Source: Oopsacas minuta
Taxonomy: Eukaryota; Animalia; Porifera
Length of the DNA: 64,000 nucleotides
Direction: 5' to 3'
Assembly: GCA_024704765.1 (NCBI GenBank)
Contig: JAKMXF010000338.1
Span: forward strand, 1 to 64,000
The translations under genes were made by a program, and so were the position numbers. Positions 48,454-61,477 of the stretch are shown one piece after another; position 1 is the first letter of the stretch, and every line of letters begins with the position of its first letter. Under the pieces are notes generated by a model. The model was not told where the DNA came from. It did no database searches and saw only the letters and a program-made list of their open reading frames with translations.

Positions 48454-50170
48454 CAGGGTGACAATTTAGTTCTGTTGCATTGATTGTATAGTCGCTAATT
48501 ACTATGTTTACAGTACAACCCTAATCACTGGTCTTTTTCGTCAACCTTACTTGAGTATAGTCGAGTTACAATAACATTTGATACTGTTTAGCATCCAGTA
48601 CATTATTCTTACATCATGGTAGATGCAACGTCCAAAATCATCACTCACTATTTGTGAAGATGTTGAAATGTGAGAAAGTGAATAGAATGCTGGTGTATCG
48701 AACCACAAAACGATACAAAGAGACTAGTGGCATACCTGCCACGCTCGTTCAGGCTGACCACCCACTGCGAGATCCATCCGACTCAAGAAGGCAGTGAGAA
48801 GTCGAGTTGTGCGAAATCCCAGACGCTCGATGCGAAAAATGGCCAGGAATTGGAAATTAGCCGTGAATCGCTTAGAAAAGTCGTACATCAGGACTTGGGA
48901 CTGAAATCAGAGAATTGATCAGAAACATCAACGAAAAGGAATTTAAAGAAGCTATTAAAGCTTGTTTTAAACGAATGAACAAGTGTATTCAAGCAAAGGG
49001 ATGCTATTTCGAACAACTATCGTAAAATAAATATTGATTGATGCTTTTTGGTACTTAGGCTCAAAAGTTATTGGGTACCCTTCGTACTATAAATAGAAGT
49101 ATTTAGAACTAGCTCTTTCTTACAGCTAAATGTAATGAATATGATTAGTTATCTCACAACATATACTGAATTTCTGTCTTGAGGGCGTTAATTATAGAAA
49201 GATTTGACTGTTAATATTCTATTTATGGATTATACGGTTGTTTTGTTTTCTATATGATTGTTTATACCTGCGCAGCTTAGCTAGCATACAACAGTTTTGT
49301 TTCTTTTTGTATATTTAGTTCAGTTGCTCATTTCCAGGACATCCAACTTACAGGGTGACAATAAAGTTCTGTTACATTCGAATTTGCGAACGACTCCGAA
49401 ACTATACAATAGATATCGTTCAAATTTCTCTTGAATATAGTTATATAGACCGAATCATTCTACAAAATATTATTTAATATAGCCACCCTTATTCTGAACA
49501 ACGGAATGTATTCGTGTCCTAAATTTTAGGACTGCAGCTCGCAGGTCTTCTTATGGCATGTTATTCCATGCTCTGGTTAATGCGTTCAGTAGCGACGCCA
49601 AACTTTTATGGGGTTTAGCACAAGCCCTCTTCTCTAAATTACCCCATACAAAATAATCCAGCGGATTGAGGTACGGGCTGGAAGGTGGCCATTCCCTCTT
49701 TGACTAAAACTTGATATTTTGCCCCCTGAGCCAGGACTGAGTCGCATTTGAGGCATGCGCTGGAGCAGAGTCCTGTTGAAATGTCCATTCCTGGTTTTTG
49801 AATAGATGACGAACTGCATCTTTGTCTTCCAGCTCGAGTATTAGCTTCTTGTCCGTTTCTGAGTTTATTTTTACTCCTTTCGAGATAAAATCAGATGTCT
49901 TCGAATTGGCCGTGACTCCTGCCCAGACCATAACAGATTGAGGTTTCTGGACTCGATCAACAAATTTAACCTTTTCAGGGATGTCTTTAGCGGTAGTAGA
50001 TAAAATCCTGCATTTTGACGGTTCGTGGCATCCTCTACTGAGAAGAGCTTTTCATCGGAAATAGAATTTTCTCAAAATCTTGGGTTCCGAGCCGCCAGAG
50101 GAGCCCCATGTATCTTTTGAGTCTCTTTTACGATTTGATAGTGTCAGATGCTCTGCTGTCTTTCTTTTGG
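48454..50170. mobile_element. maT/DD37D transposon (originally + strand, about 1275 bp) broken by an inversion: 5' half 48454-48908 (+), 3' half 49351-50170 (-)
   Basis: Similar TIRs cagggtgacaat(tt/aa)agttctgtt at 48454 and 49351. Re-inverting joins QDLGLKS to QKKTAEHLTL in frame. Confidence 0.8.
48909..49084 (+). mobile_element. 3' end of a mariner, displaced by the inversion
   Basis: RELIRNINEKEFKEAIKACFKRMNKCIQAKGCYFEQLS*, then TIR ttattgggtacccttcg + TA. Confidence 0.8.
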
Positions 50171-50663
50171 GAGAGCCCCCTTAAGTTCAGAATTCGATGA
50201 AAAGTTTCTGCCTTTGAGGTATTATTTATTCTAGGAAAGAACAAGAAGTCGCAGGGTACTAGATCTGGATTATAAGGGGGGTGCCAAAATATGTAGTCCT
50301 GATTCTTCAATGAAATGTCTTGTCATTTTTGATGTTTGAGAACAGGCATTATCGTGGTGCAAAAAGGTTCCCCTTAATATTGTGCCAAGATACTGTAAAT
50401 TTATTGCTTTTATGAGTAGAGGCAAGCAACTCTCTGTATACCAGGTTGAATTAATTGTCTTACCAGGTTCAAGAGGTACAACAGTTTTGCATGCATTAGT
50501 TTCTTGATGTACTAAGTTCTGCGAACCTTTGTTGGGGGGACTTTCTCCAATTTCACATCATTGACGGGTCTGCTGCTTTGTTTCTGGATCATAGTGATAG
50601 ATCCATGTTTCATCACCAGTTATTATCTTAGAAACATCTCTACTGTTGCCATTGTTGAATTGT
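50171..50663 (-). pseudogene. mariner transposase, middle part
   Basis: KQFNNGNSRDVSKIITGDETWIYHYDPE, HHDNA, PPYNPDLVPCDFLFFP...SELKGAL. Confidence 0.85.
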
Positions 50664-50703
50664 TTAACACAGCATGAACTGAGTATATATTTTCATAAGA
50701 ATT

Positions 50704-51545
50704 GACTTAGTGGGGTCAAAATTGACCCCAGATTGACCATTAATTAATTGACGAAGTGGGGTCAGAATTGACCCCACTATTATCATAGTGACGAAGTGGG
50801 GTCAGAATTGACCCCAACTATTATCATAGTGACGAAGTGGGGTCAGAATTGACCCCAACCATTATCGTATTGACGAAGTGGGGTCAGAATTGACCCCAAC
50901 CATTATCGTATTGACGAAGTGGGGTCAGAATTGACCCCAACCATTGTCATATTGACGAAGTGAGGTCAGAATTGACCCCAACCATTGTCATATTGACGAA
51001 GTGGGGTCAGAATTGACCCCAACCATAATCATATTGACGAAGTGGGGTCAGAATTGACCCCAACTATTATCATAGTGACGAAGTGGGGTCAGAATTGACC
51101 CCAACCATTATCGTATTGACGAAGTGGGGTCAGAATTGACCCCAACCATTATCATAGTGACGAAGTGGGGTCAGAATTGACCCCACTATTATCATAGTGA
51201 CGAAGTGGGGTCAGAATTGACCCCAACTATTATCATAGTGACGAAGTGGGGTCAGAATTGACCCCAACCATTATCGTATTGACGAAGTGGGGTCAGAATT
51301 GACCCCAACCATAATCGTATTGACGAAGTGGGGTCAGAATTGACCCCAACTATTATCGTATTGACGAAGTGGGGTCAGAATTGACCCCAACCATTATCGT
51401 ATTGACAAAGTGGGGTCAGAATTGACCCCAACCATTATCCTATTGACGAAGTGGGGTCAGAATTGACCCCAACCATTATCCTATTGACAAAGTGGGGTCA
51501 GAATTGACCCCAACCATTATCCTATTGACTAAGTGGGGTCACAAT
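50704..51545 (+). repeat. 41-bp tandem array (about 20 units) with an internal palindrome
   Basis: Unit tattgacgaagtggggtcagaattgaccccaaccattatcg; core tggggtca-gaat-tgacccca. Confidence 0.97.
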
Positions 51546-52094
51546 TGTCATTGTAAGTTATACAATGTGAATTACATCAAATTATTTTACACCTATAAAT
51601 ATCTTCCAATTTATAAAATGTCTATTGGTTGTCTTTAATCCATTGGCCTACATAATGATGACTTCTGCAACATTGGGTGACGATGATGTATCAAAAGATC
51701 CCAATTACTGAATTGTATTTTGAAATTTCGTACATAGGTTCCTTGTTAGTCATGGATGTGCTTTTCGTAGTTGAACAAGTTGTCCGATACATTGTGTGGA
51801 TATGGTAGCACACAAGCGATGTTTTTCGGATACGTGATACTTTTAGCAGCACTTACAATGAATGAAATGTTCATTGGATGGATTTCTATCCATTGATCCA
51901 TATTATGATGACGTCAGCATAATTAGGTGACGATGACATCAAAAATTTCAAAATATTCACAAAAAATATTATTACTACCCGTTACGCCAGGAAATATCAA
52001 TGGAGGTGCTTTAAGAACGCCCAAAATATAGTGCCTCATTGACATTACCTGTCAGCACAGGTGGTAATGTATATTTTTCCTGTGCTGATTACTT

Positions 52095-52760
52095 GTAGTA
52101 GGCCTGTCATTGGAAAATTGGTCTGCGAAAAAATTGGTCCTAACTGAAAATCTGGTTGATCTGTCACGAATTATTCGGACCGTGTAGAATTTGGTTGTTT
52201 AAAATATTCAACCATTTCTAGTTCTGAGTACCAAATGATATCTCTCTGACAAAATACGGAGGTTTTCTAACCCGGATTGTTGCATTTATTTTGCTGTTAG
52301 TTATTGATAAAGATTTTCAAAATAGCAAACTAGTTGATGGATTTTTCTTAGCAACCTAGGTTGCTACCATGGTAGATCATGGTGATTATCAACAAGACAA
52401 CAACTTAGGTTGCTCGAGTTTTTTAGGGACCGATGCCAGTCTTCTGCTTGAGGGTTCCTATGTAGCAACCTAGGTTTGCTTAGAAAACCCCAACACATCT
52501 GTATTTTGTCAGAAAGATATCATTTACTACCCAGAACCTGAAATGGTTGAAAATATTTTAGACCGGCCGGGCCAAATATATCTGGAATACTCGCTCCTGC
52601 CGGACCAAATTCTACACGGACCGACTATTTCGCGACAGGCCCTACAATGGACCAATATTCCATGGAAAATTGGTCCGCTCTATGACTAAAATTTTCAGCA
52701 ACGGACCAATATTCCATGAAAAAATTGATCCCTCGGACCAAGATTTTCGTGACAAGCCCA
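52095..52760. mobile_element. Long-TIR (foldback) MITE of unknown superfamily
   Basis: Arms of about 170 bp (ggcctgtc...ccgtgtagaatttggt...aaatgatatct(c/t)tctgacaaaatac) inverted between about 52101-52270 and 52480-52642; central tagcaacctaggttgcta palindromes; ggacc/ggtcc repeats. Confidence 0.75.
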
Positions 52761-52816
52761 GTACTAATGATTGCCCTTATTATTTTTAATGCTGAGCCGA
52801 TTATTTGTAGTAGGCC

Positions 52817-53352
52817 CAGTTCAATCAGCCCTCACCGTTCGCGCTTTCGACTATTCGCAAATAATATTTTGCGGCATATTTAGCCGTTCGCGACACATTC
52901 CCTCGACTATTCGCGGTTTTTGAGCAATAATTTTGGTTATATGTCTCAGTGATAACCAAAACTTTGATATTGAACCTTACTATTTAAGTATTTCTAATTT
53001 CCAAATGATCTGGGTATTATTTGGTGATTCTATGAAAATTGGTAATAATTTAACATTTTCTAAACTAGAACCATGTATTTCTACCATTCATTGGTGAAAA
53101 TTGTTAAGTGATCATTTTCTTGCATAGCATTTGCTATCACCTTGTTTGCCAAGTGGGAATTGCTCGATCTTCTTCCATTCCTGACTTACACTTCAAGTTT
53201 TTTGGCAAATATTAACTTTTTGTATGTGTTGTCCCCGAATCGAGGAACCTAACCTCCTTTTTCCACTTGACATTTAGTCTCGCTGTTCGCGGATTGCCAT
53301 TCACGGTGAATCTCATGAACGTAACCCGCGCGAACGGAGAGGGATACCGCTA
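52817..53352. mobile_element. Probable pogo/Tigger-type MITE
   Basis: Inverted ccctc(a/t)ccgttcgcgc near both ends; internal ttcgc repeats. Confidence 0.5.
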
Positions 53353-54129
53353 TACGTATTATGTATACTCAAAGTTACACTTGGGCCGAAATTTTAACAA
53401 ATGCTGCCCTAAGCATCCCGCAAAAAATTACGATCTGTATTAACCTCAAAATTTTCCTATCCTATAAAATGTTTGTATTGACAAAGCCGATAAGTGTTTT
53501 AGTCAACTAATTTCAATGTATGAACTAAATTAATTAAGTTTAGCAGACTCCACCTCGATGAGCAGCAAAAATAAATTCTAATCCTGATACGTATTTGGGC
53601 AGAAGAAGAGAGTTATATGTATTGTGTGTGCCTGTTGCGGGCCGATAAATAAAACTTGGTCCGCACGTGCGGGCTGCCCGCGGGCCAGACCACCTCGCGT
53701 GCAACTTTGTGTATCCAACAGTCGCGCTTTAATAGTCCTAGCCGAAACGCCGCCCTCGTGCGGCTTATTCTACTAGTTCCTGCGGAAAGCTTTATGGGGC
53801 CTTCAGCCTCCACAGATCCGATTGAGAATTTGCGGATTATGTGTAGGAAGAATTAATTGGCCAATGATTTGTGTGGAAGAGGTGGTGAAAATTCACATAT
53901 GTTCTCTTAAAATACTTATATCTCTTCGATGCTTCGTATTTGAAGGGGTGGATCAACACTTATTTTCACTGTACTTAAAGCTGAATAACTTTAAGAATGC
54001 GTATGTCAGAAATGATTCCATAGATTTGCACAAACGACTTTTAATGAGTTCAGTGTTCAAACTATCCTATTTGAGCTTAATTTGGCAGATTGGTGATTAA
54101 TTGTATGTTAGTAGATCGAGTTAGGAACT

Positions 54130-54560
54130 TATTGAATAATAAATTACATTGTGAATTCCAGTGGGTTTGTAAAAGGGCTATTCTGGTCCCAAGGAATGAT
54201 AAAGTGGAAGCGATCAACTTATATTTTATTCAAAAAATTAGCAGGTACGAAATCATCTACATATCCATTGATACAGTTGTTGAGCTGGATACTGCAGTTC
54301 TATATCCAACTGAGTTTCTTAACTCATTACAACCACCAGGACTCCCACCACATAACTTGATTCAGTTGGAGCGAGAATCATACTTTTAAGACTTAGATTT
54401 ACCCAACTATGTAATAGAAGTTGCCTTGCAATCAAATCCATCCTGCCTCATGTACTTGACTAACTGGACCGGGATTTGGAGAAGATTTGTTCATCCCAAG
54501 AATTCCACTCCTTCCAGTAGACATGCCATTCGAATTCAAAAGACTCCAATTCCATTGAAT
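54130..54560 (+). pseudogene. Helitron PIF1-type helicase fragment
   Basis: WVCKRAILVPRNDKVEAIN...YISIDTV...YPTEFLNSLQPPGLPPH...GEDLFIPRIPLLPVDMPFEFKRLQF. Confidence 0.88.
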
Positions 54561-54897
54561 ACATATTAAAAGTGGAGTTGGTATGTATGCAATGGCAATG
54601 AGTAAACGGTATGCAGAACTAAGTTACGCAATCAGTTGGTGCAACATTACCAAATTCTGTACCATTACGTATAGGTAGAATTTAATTGGCCAATAATAAA
54701 AAAACAAATTTATTGTATTGATTCGTATGGAAGAGGTGTTGAAAAAATCACATATCGTTTGTAAAAATAAAAATTTCTCTTAAATATTCCTTAATTGAAA
54801 TGGTGGACTAACATTTGTGTGACACACAAAATTTGGTTCAGATCGCTTCAGGCATCTCGACAGATGTGGCAATATTTTGAAATTCGGCTAAATTATA

Positions 54898-55230
54898 CAG
54901 TGGAACCTCGCTAAGCGGGGAATTTTTTATAGTTGAAATAGAATATTAAGCTCTATTTTTTCGATTTTGGAAGTTAGTGATGGGCCCAAAACATTCTCAC
55001 CATCTTGTAGTGCAATATTTAAAGTTCGCTTTGCACTTTTATAAGTTGAAATCATTCTGATTTGTACAAAACCTCACGATTTGATAGAAACAATGTGAAA
55101 AGTGGTATTGGAATGGCTTAGAATCCATTGAGGATAGTATAAATACACTAAAATACAGCTAAGTACCTCTTTCTACCAATTTTTACAACAGATGCTAAGC
55201 GGGGAATATTTTGTAGGCGAAGTTCAACAG
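54898..55230. mobile_element. Tigger-type MITE, 333 bp
   Basis: TA-flanked cagtggaacctcgct ... aggcgaagttcaacag; repeated gctaagcggggaat. Confidence 0.55.
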
Positions 55231-55583
55231 TACTCACAAAAAAGTATATTAATCACATACTCTCGATACTATGATGCTCGGAATCAGCATACTCGATTAC
55301 CCCAGGATAGTTTTATGTATATGTTATAGACCAAATGCGTTTCGACGCGAAACCAGTAAAATATAAAAAAGATTTAATTGCTCACTAAAATTGGCAAACA
55401 TGTATAAAAAGTAAATGATATAGAATAGGGCAAAAATTGTTAAGTGTATCTGTTGTCAATAATGTTCTACACGCTTATCCGATGTGAAATAACATGATAA
55501 AAATTTAACTCAGGGTAAATATAAGTTGAATAGATTAGTATAGCTTGATAATTATATAATTGGACGAAACTGCAGCAAATGAA

Positions 55584-58500
55584 TTAAGATGAACCAAAAA
55601 ATGATATATCCTCTTGGCATCTTTCACAAAATGTGAGAACTTTGGAATGTATTTCACATATGTGTTTCTGACAATTCGAACATACGGAACGTCGTTTCAT
55701 GTCTCTTCCCCTTTCGCACAAGTAACAACGACCCCTTTTCGAAGGAACAATACTTGAAACTTGATGTTCAACTGGTAAAGTAGAAGATTGAGCAATAGAT
55801 TGAATTTGGGTCTTTAAATGCTTATGGTAGTATTGAAATGAAGTTGATGACTGACGACTGATTATGGATGGAAGTACTAGAACACTTCCAAGTAAATATA
55901 AGAACTGTCGTCTATCCTTCTTTTGTACAATGTCTTCATTCGGGTGCTTCAGGCAGTACAAAATCCATGATGATAAAGCAACTTCGCCGATTAAATCAAA
56001 AAACAATACACAAGGCCATCTACGGATAATCCGATGAGATCTAAATTCTTTAATCATTTGGTTGTTCTTATCGACGCCACATTTAAACTTATTGTAGTCA
56101 AAAATAGCTGAGGGTTTACATTTAGGGTTTTTGGTATTAGGAATCTGCTCATTGCGGTGTATATTTGATAAAATAAGAACGTTCTTAGTCTTTTTAGCCA
56201 TGTAAGAGATTAATGTATTATATCCTTGTTGTGTGTATAAAAATCTGGAAGAATGTATTGATACTCCCTTGGTATCTTTCATTTCTTTTGGAATTTCTCT
56301 TCGATTCTTCCGCAACATCCCCATGTAATATGTTTTATATTTGGTAAGAAGTTGATCCGATAACATTTTTGAAGTAAAGAAATTATCGCCTGCTACAAAA
56401 TGTCCAGGGCCTAAGCTCGAGCACAACCTAAGAACAATATCATTTGGCTTATTAGCAATATAAGACTTGCTTCCTGTGTATGCCTCCATCGCACAAGGAA
56501 AATACGTTTTAGCATCAGCAAGAATAAATATCTTAATGCCGTACTTGTCAGGCTTGGCTGGCATAAATTGCAGTATAGGGCATCTCCCACGATAACCTGT
56601 CATGTGCTCATCCACTGTTAACCACTTACCCGGAGTGTAAGTTTTGGAAAGAGTAGTGTTTATAGAATCAAATACAAAACGAATCGGTGCTAGTTTATCT
56701 TGAAGGGTTCTTTCCAATCTTGTAGATGCATCATCAAAGCGCAAAAAACGCAAAATAACCTTAAACCTATCACGTGGCATCGAACATTTGATAATTGGTC
56801 TACAAAGATTTGGATCATCGGAATACAGATTGGAAATCTTTTCCTTAGAAGAACGAAAGACGCCAAATAAAATCATCATACCAAGAAAGGTATATAATTC
56901 TTCTAGTGTGATTGCGTATAAGTACTTTTTCTGTGGATTAGGAACTTGATTCAATGACAAATGTGATTCCAATTTGTTGTTCGTCTGAGATAAAATGTAT
57001 GAGCATAATTCATGTGTGAAGAACAACTTGAAAAAATCTAAAATTAAGAAATTAAATTACATATGTGCCGACAGTCAACGTCTAAGGAGTTACAATGAGT
57101 AGAAATTATTCAATACAGCAATACTATTAGAAAGACATTCAAGTATACTAGTGCGCTACATTTGCTTAGTCGCTTCGCGACAGAAGGCTCATAAATGCGA
57201 CAGCAAGTAAACAACAATCGCACTTGCTGCGGCATTTCATATACGAAGTCCATTTGAAAAGTTTCCCTATTTTATATCTCGGAAGTTAATGGAAAAATTA
57301 ATCTAAAAATAATATACTATCTACTTCTATGCTTTATTATACACATAATCGGCCTCAAGTTCAATACACTTTTCTCATCTGTGTACCAGAGCTTCTATCC
57401 CCTCTGTCGCCGACTTTGTCCAGGCGCGTTGTCGAGTCTCTCGTCGCTCCAATAATCTCCTCTTCGTCTCGAACCAAATTCCTCGTAATAATTCCTTCAT
57501 CTATGGGAAAAGATGAAAAGTCACACGGTGCCAAATCTGGGGAATAAGGAGGGTGGAAAGGAATTTCACAATCGCATCTTTCCAATGTTTGGACAACTTC
57601 CTTTTTGGTGGAGAGCTGGGGCATTCATGATGGAATATCACACCTTTTTCTAACAGTTCTGGCCTTTTTTACTAATTGCAGGGCGTGTTTCTCTCTCAAA
57701 ACCCAAAGATAATAGTAATTCCACCACACGGTTGACATTCTCCTCAGTAGAGGCTGTTTCCGGACCTCCTGATTGAGGTTGATCGCCCATATCCTCCCTT
57801 CCTTCTCTGATGATAACGACCCACTTTCGCACAGTTTGTATTGATGGAGCGATATCTCCTAATGCTTCACTCAGATTTTGGTGGGTTTCCATGGGTGATA
57901 TATATAATAGAACAAAAAAATTGATGACTGTTCTTATGTCCCTACTCGTGAATGAAGCCTGTGTGGACAACTTATCCATAACGACAAGATCAGAGAAAAT
58001 AATTTTGGAGTGAATAATTGTCATCTAATAAGTGAAATGTTTAGATTACAAGTTAAGCTAATAGTTCGGGAATATGAGGGCTAAAACTGCAACACAACTC
58101 ATAGGCTGAACTAGGGAAACTTACTTTTCGAATGGACCCCGTATACATGATTCGTGGTCTATCTAAATATATTTTCGTATAAAGCACTCAAATAGGCTTT
58201 TCAATATAACAATTATAATAAGTAAGCACATCAGGATAAATTGTGGCACATATTTGTCTCTTCGTTGGGCATATTCTATGGAAATTTCATGCCATTTTGT
58301 CGTGGAAGGTGGAAGCTATTAGCGATTTTGTAACTTGAACTAATTATTGAAAGTCTTCATGACGTAATAATTCGAGAATGACCCAGAATGTTTCTAATTT
58401 GGGGTGACAGATATATTTGTATCTTATATTTACATATTCTATTACTATTTCATGCTGTTTACTCTTCTAGGGCAAAGTTAAGAGCGAAAAATGTATTTTT

Positions 58501-61110
58501 CGTACAAAATTTCCGCAATTGGTGTGAAAATTAACCATATTTCGGTGAGAATTTGAGATTTCGCTCCACAAACCGAATTTATCCTCTGTCAAAATCAACC
58601 TTGGGTACAATTACACTAATGTACCTCTTTTGTTGTATCTAGATATTAAATCACTATTTATATATAGAAACGCTGAGAGAAGATTATTCAAACAAAGAGA
58701 TCTAAAATTGGGCAAAAACTGACAAAGTTGGAAGATTTCTGTTACTAATCCAAATCATTTAGAGAAATTATATGCCTCTTTAGGGTGGAAAATGTGAAAA
58801 TTTATCAGAAATTTTAAGCTTTATTTGACAGATGTGGAAGTTGAAACCAAGATAAGACTTTTCTACCAATTTATGAGACGTTTTCAAAATTATACATTTA
58901 GGGGGTGAATGGCCTTAAGGTTTGGCAGCTTTCTATGCATCTTCATCATTTTTCTATACAAAGTATAGCAAAGTGGGGGCCAACTCCTAAAGGTTCATTT
59001 GTACGGGGAAACACCAAATGGCATTTTGCGGAGCCCAAAGACACCACTACCCACTTCTGGAGGTTCAACTGTATAAATATATTATAGTATATAAGTTTGT
59101 ATATTGGTCTAAGTGATTGAAGAACAAAGGTAGATATTTGACATGTAGGTAAATAATCGACACCTTACAACAGGTTCGGATTGTGGAGCAAAAATATAAA
59201 ATTCTCAAGGAAATATGGTGAATTTTCACACCTAGCTACGAAAATTAATGTCCAACAAACACACCCTTTGCTTATAAGATTGGCCCTATAAGAGTAAACA
59301 CTTGAAATTATTTTAAAATATGTAAATTTAGATACAAATATATGCTAACCCTTTATCTAGTTATTTCGTCATCATTATTTGACGAAATGAATAAAATTTT
59401 ACTAAATCGATAATAACATTCAATTTCCTGGGAATAAAGCATGAAAATTCTATAGCATATGCACCTCGAGGACATTAATACATGGTCGCTACCAACCACG
59501 AATATGCTAACACATTCTCGAGTTATTTACGTCATGATGACTAGAAAAAGTCACAAAATCGCTAATACCTTACGCCCATCACGAGAAAATAGCATGTAAA
59601 TTCCATATGATATGTATGCCCACCGAAAAGAGAAATATGTGTTCCTCAAAAACGCAAATATGCTTACTCATTATCGAGTATTAAGAAAAAATATATTTCC
59701 CAAATTGTTATGTTGAGAAGCCTATTTGAGAACATTATTCGAGATCATATTATGATAGACATCGGATTATCAATACAGTTGACTCCGCTCAATACACCCA
59801 CCAGTTATTCGGGTCAGCAGTATATTTGGGTCATTTTTTCAGGAACGAAATCGTGCCTATAGAAACTAATACAAAATATTTTCGGTTAATCGGATCAAAA
59901 TTTTCTATTAAGGTCATATAAAATAATATACTTGTTTATCATCCCAGCCCGCCCCATTTAATCTCCCTCCTCGGCAATTGTTTTTATTTTAATACATATC
60001 TTTATTTAATACTTATTTTCGCAGATGAGCATCTTCGAAACAAACTAATTATTTAACACTAGCACCCTTCACTTGCTAGGTCGCTGAGCAGTGTGGCTAA
60101 CCATGTGATTTTTCAAAAATCCAAAAAGGTGGCAATGGCATCATAATTTCGTCCAAGACTCAAACCTGTCCGAGTCAGGCCCAAATACCCCCCTGTATGG
60201 CAAAAATCAGCCCTGGGGTGTGCACTAAATTTTTATTATTATTATTTTTATCATTATTATTAAATTGTACAATAATTCAGATTATAGAGAGGAAGTGAAT
60301 ATTAGTTTTCCCATATACAGTGTAAGCATAATACGAATACCAACGTACTGTATGGTTAAATTTTATTCGCCTTTCCGGAGTTCATAAACCGGGGTAATAT
60401 CCATTGAAGTACGGTTGTAGGGACCTGATTATGTACGAATATTGTTCGTCTTATCAGAAATTCGTATTAACGAGATAGTTTAAATAAATTAGTAAAATTA
60501 CGCTAAGCAAATTATAAAAATAAAATGCCGCCCCCCGCCCCTATTTCGCAGAAAAAAATGGATAAGAAACAAGTAATTTATTTTACATGGCCTAAGCATA
60601 TATCACACTTTCGACGGGTGCACAGGGTAATCGAGCATGTTGAGTACGAATATGAATCATGCAGCGAAGAGACATGATTCACATTAGTTACTCATATGCC
60701 GAAGCGACCGAGCTGAGCAACCGGAGGAAACTAGTTTTTGTAAAATTACCTCCAAAAGTATCACTTTCCATACTAGGGCCCACAAGCTGAGGTTGAAAAT
60801 CTTTCGAAAAGTATTCGTCTTGGTGAAAATCAGAAGGGGGTTCATTCCACCATTTAGTTCCGTCTTTAGACACATAATCGCATGGGCCATCATCCATCAT
60901 TGAAATAGAAGAACCTTCGGAGGTTACAGTTTCTTCATCAGTTAAGTCAACTGAAGTTGAGCTACAGGAACCACTCAAATCTTGGTCAGAAATATCATCA
61001 TAATCTTCATCAGAATTGTATACATGCCCACATATATCAATTTCAGAGCAGGTTTTCTTTGACTTGCTTTCAGGTGGTAAACTGAAACCTCGCTTAGATG
61101 ATTCTGCCAT
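55584..61110 (-). CDS. piggyBac transposase, two exons (61110-60750 and 57037-55584), 604 aa, intact
   Basis: Exon 1 is an acidic N-terminus with YVSKDGTKW. GT donor at 60749 and AG acceptor at 57039-57038 join in frame (SDTFG-D-FFKLFFTHE). Triad TVDEH, GDNFFTS, GVDKNNQ; C-terminal Cys-rich domain CYLC...CSNCQKHICEIH...CERC. Confidence 0.85.
57244..58141 (-). mobile_element. Internally deleted mariner (898 bp) in the piggyBac intron
   Basis: TA flanks; decayed TIRs cg(aa/gg)gtccatt(t/c)gaaaag..tttccct; N-terminal HTH and HPPYSPDLAPCDF; central region missing. Confidence 0.8.
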
Positions 61111-61477
61111 AATCAAATGCTATCTTAGAAAGGCTTTAAACAAATTAATGCAATAATTATTATCAGAAAACAAGTACAGTAGCACTCGATAATCGGGGCA
61201 CCTCCTCAAACCGGACACCCTTAAGCAATAATGAGAAAAATCAGATAGATACTTGTACGTACCTACTGTGTGAGAAATTCTTTATTATGGTCACTTTGTA
61301 TCCAATGTTCTTGAATGTAGAAGCTTGTCCAGAACAAGAAATTTCACTACTATAAAAATCATTTGCCATAGTGAGTTTCAAATATTTATTGGGTAAAAGG
61401 AATGTTATCTAGAGAATTTTTGAATAATGGAGATTTAGGATATAAATAATAACTGTCATATGAAGTAATGCCTAATA

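Noticed and set aside
55300-61300. TIRs close to the piggyBac ORF, or a TIR-less domesticated gene as the only explanation
   Set aside because: No TTAA-flanked inverted pair was found near the ORF. The TTAA pair at 50664 and 63899 restores a mariner frame and is better supported.
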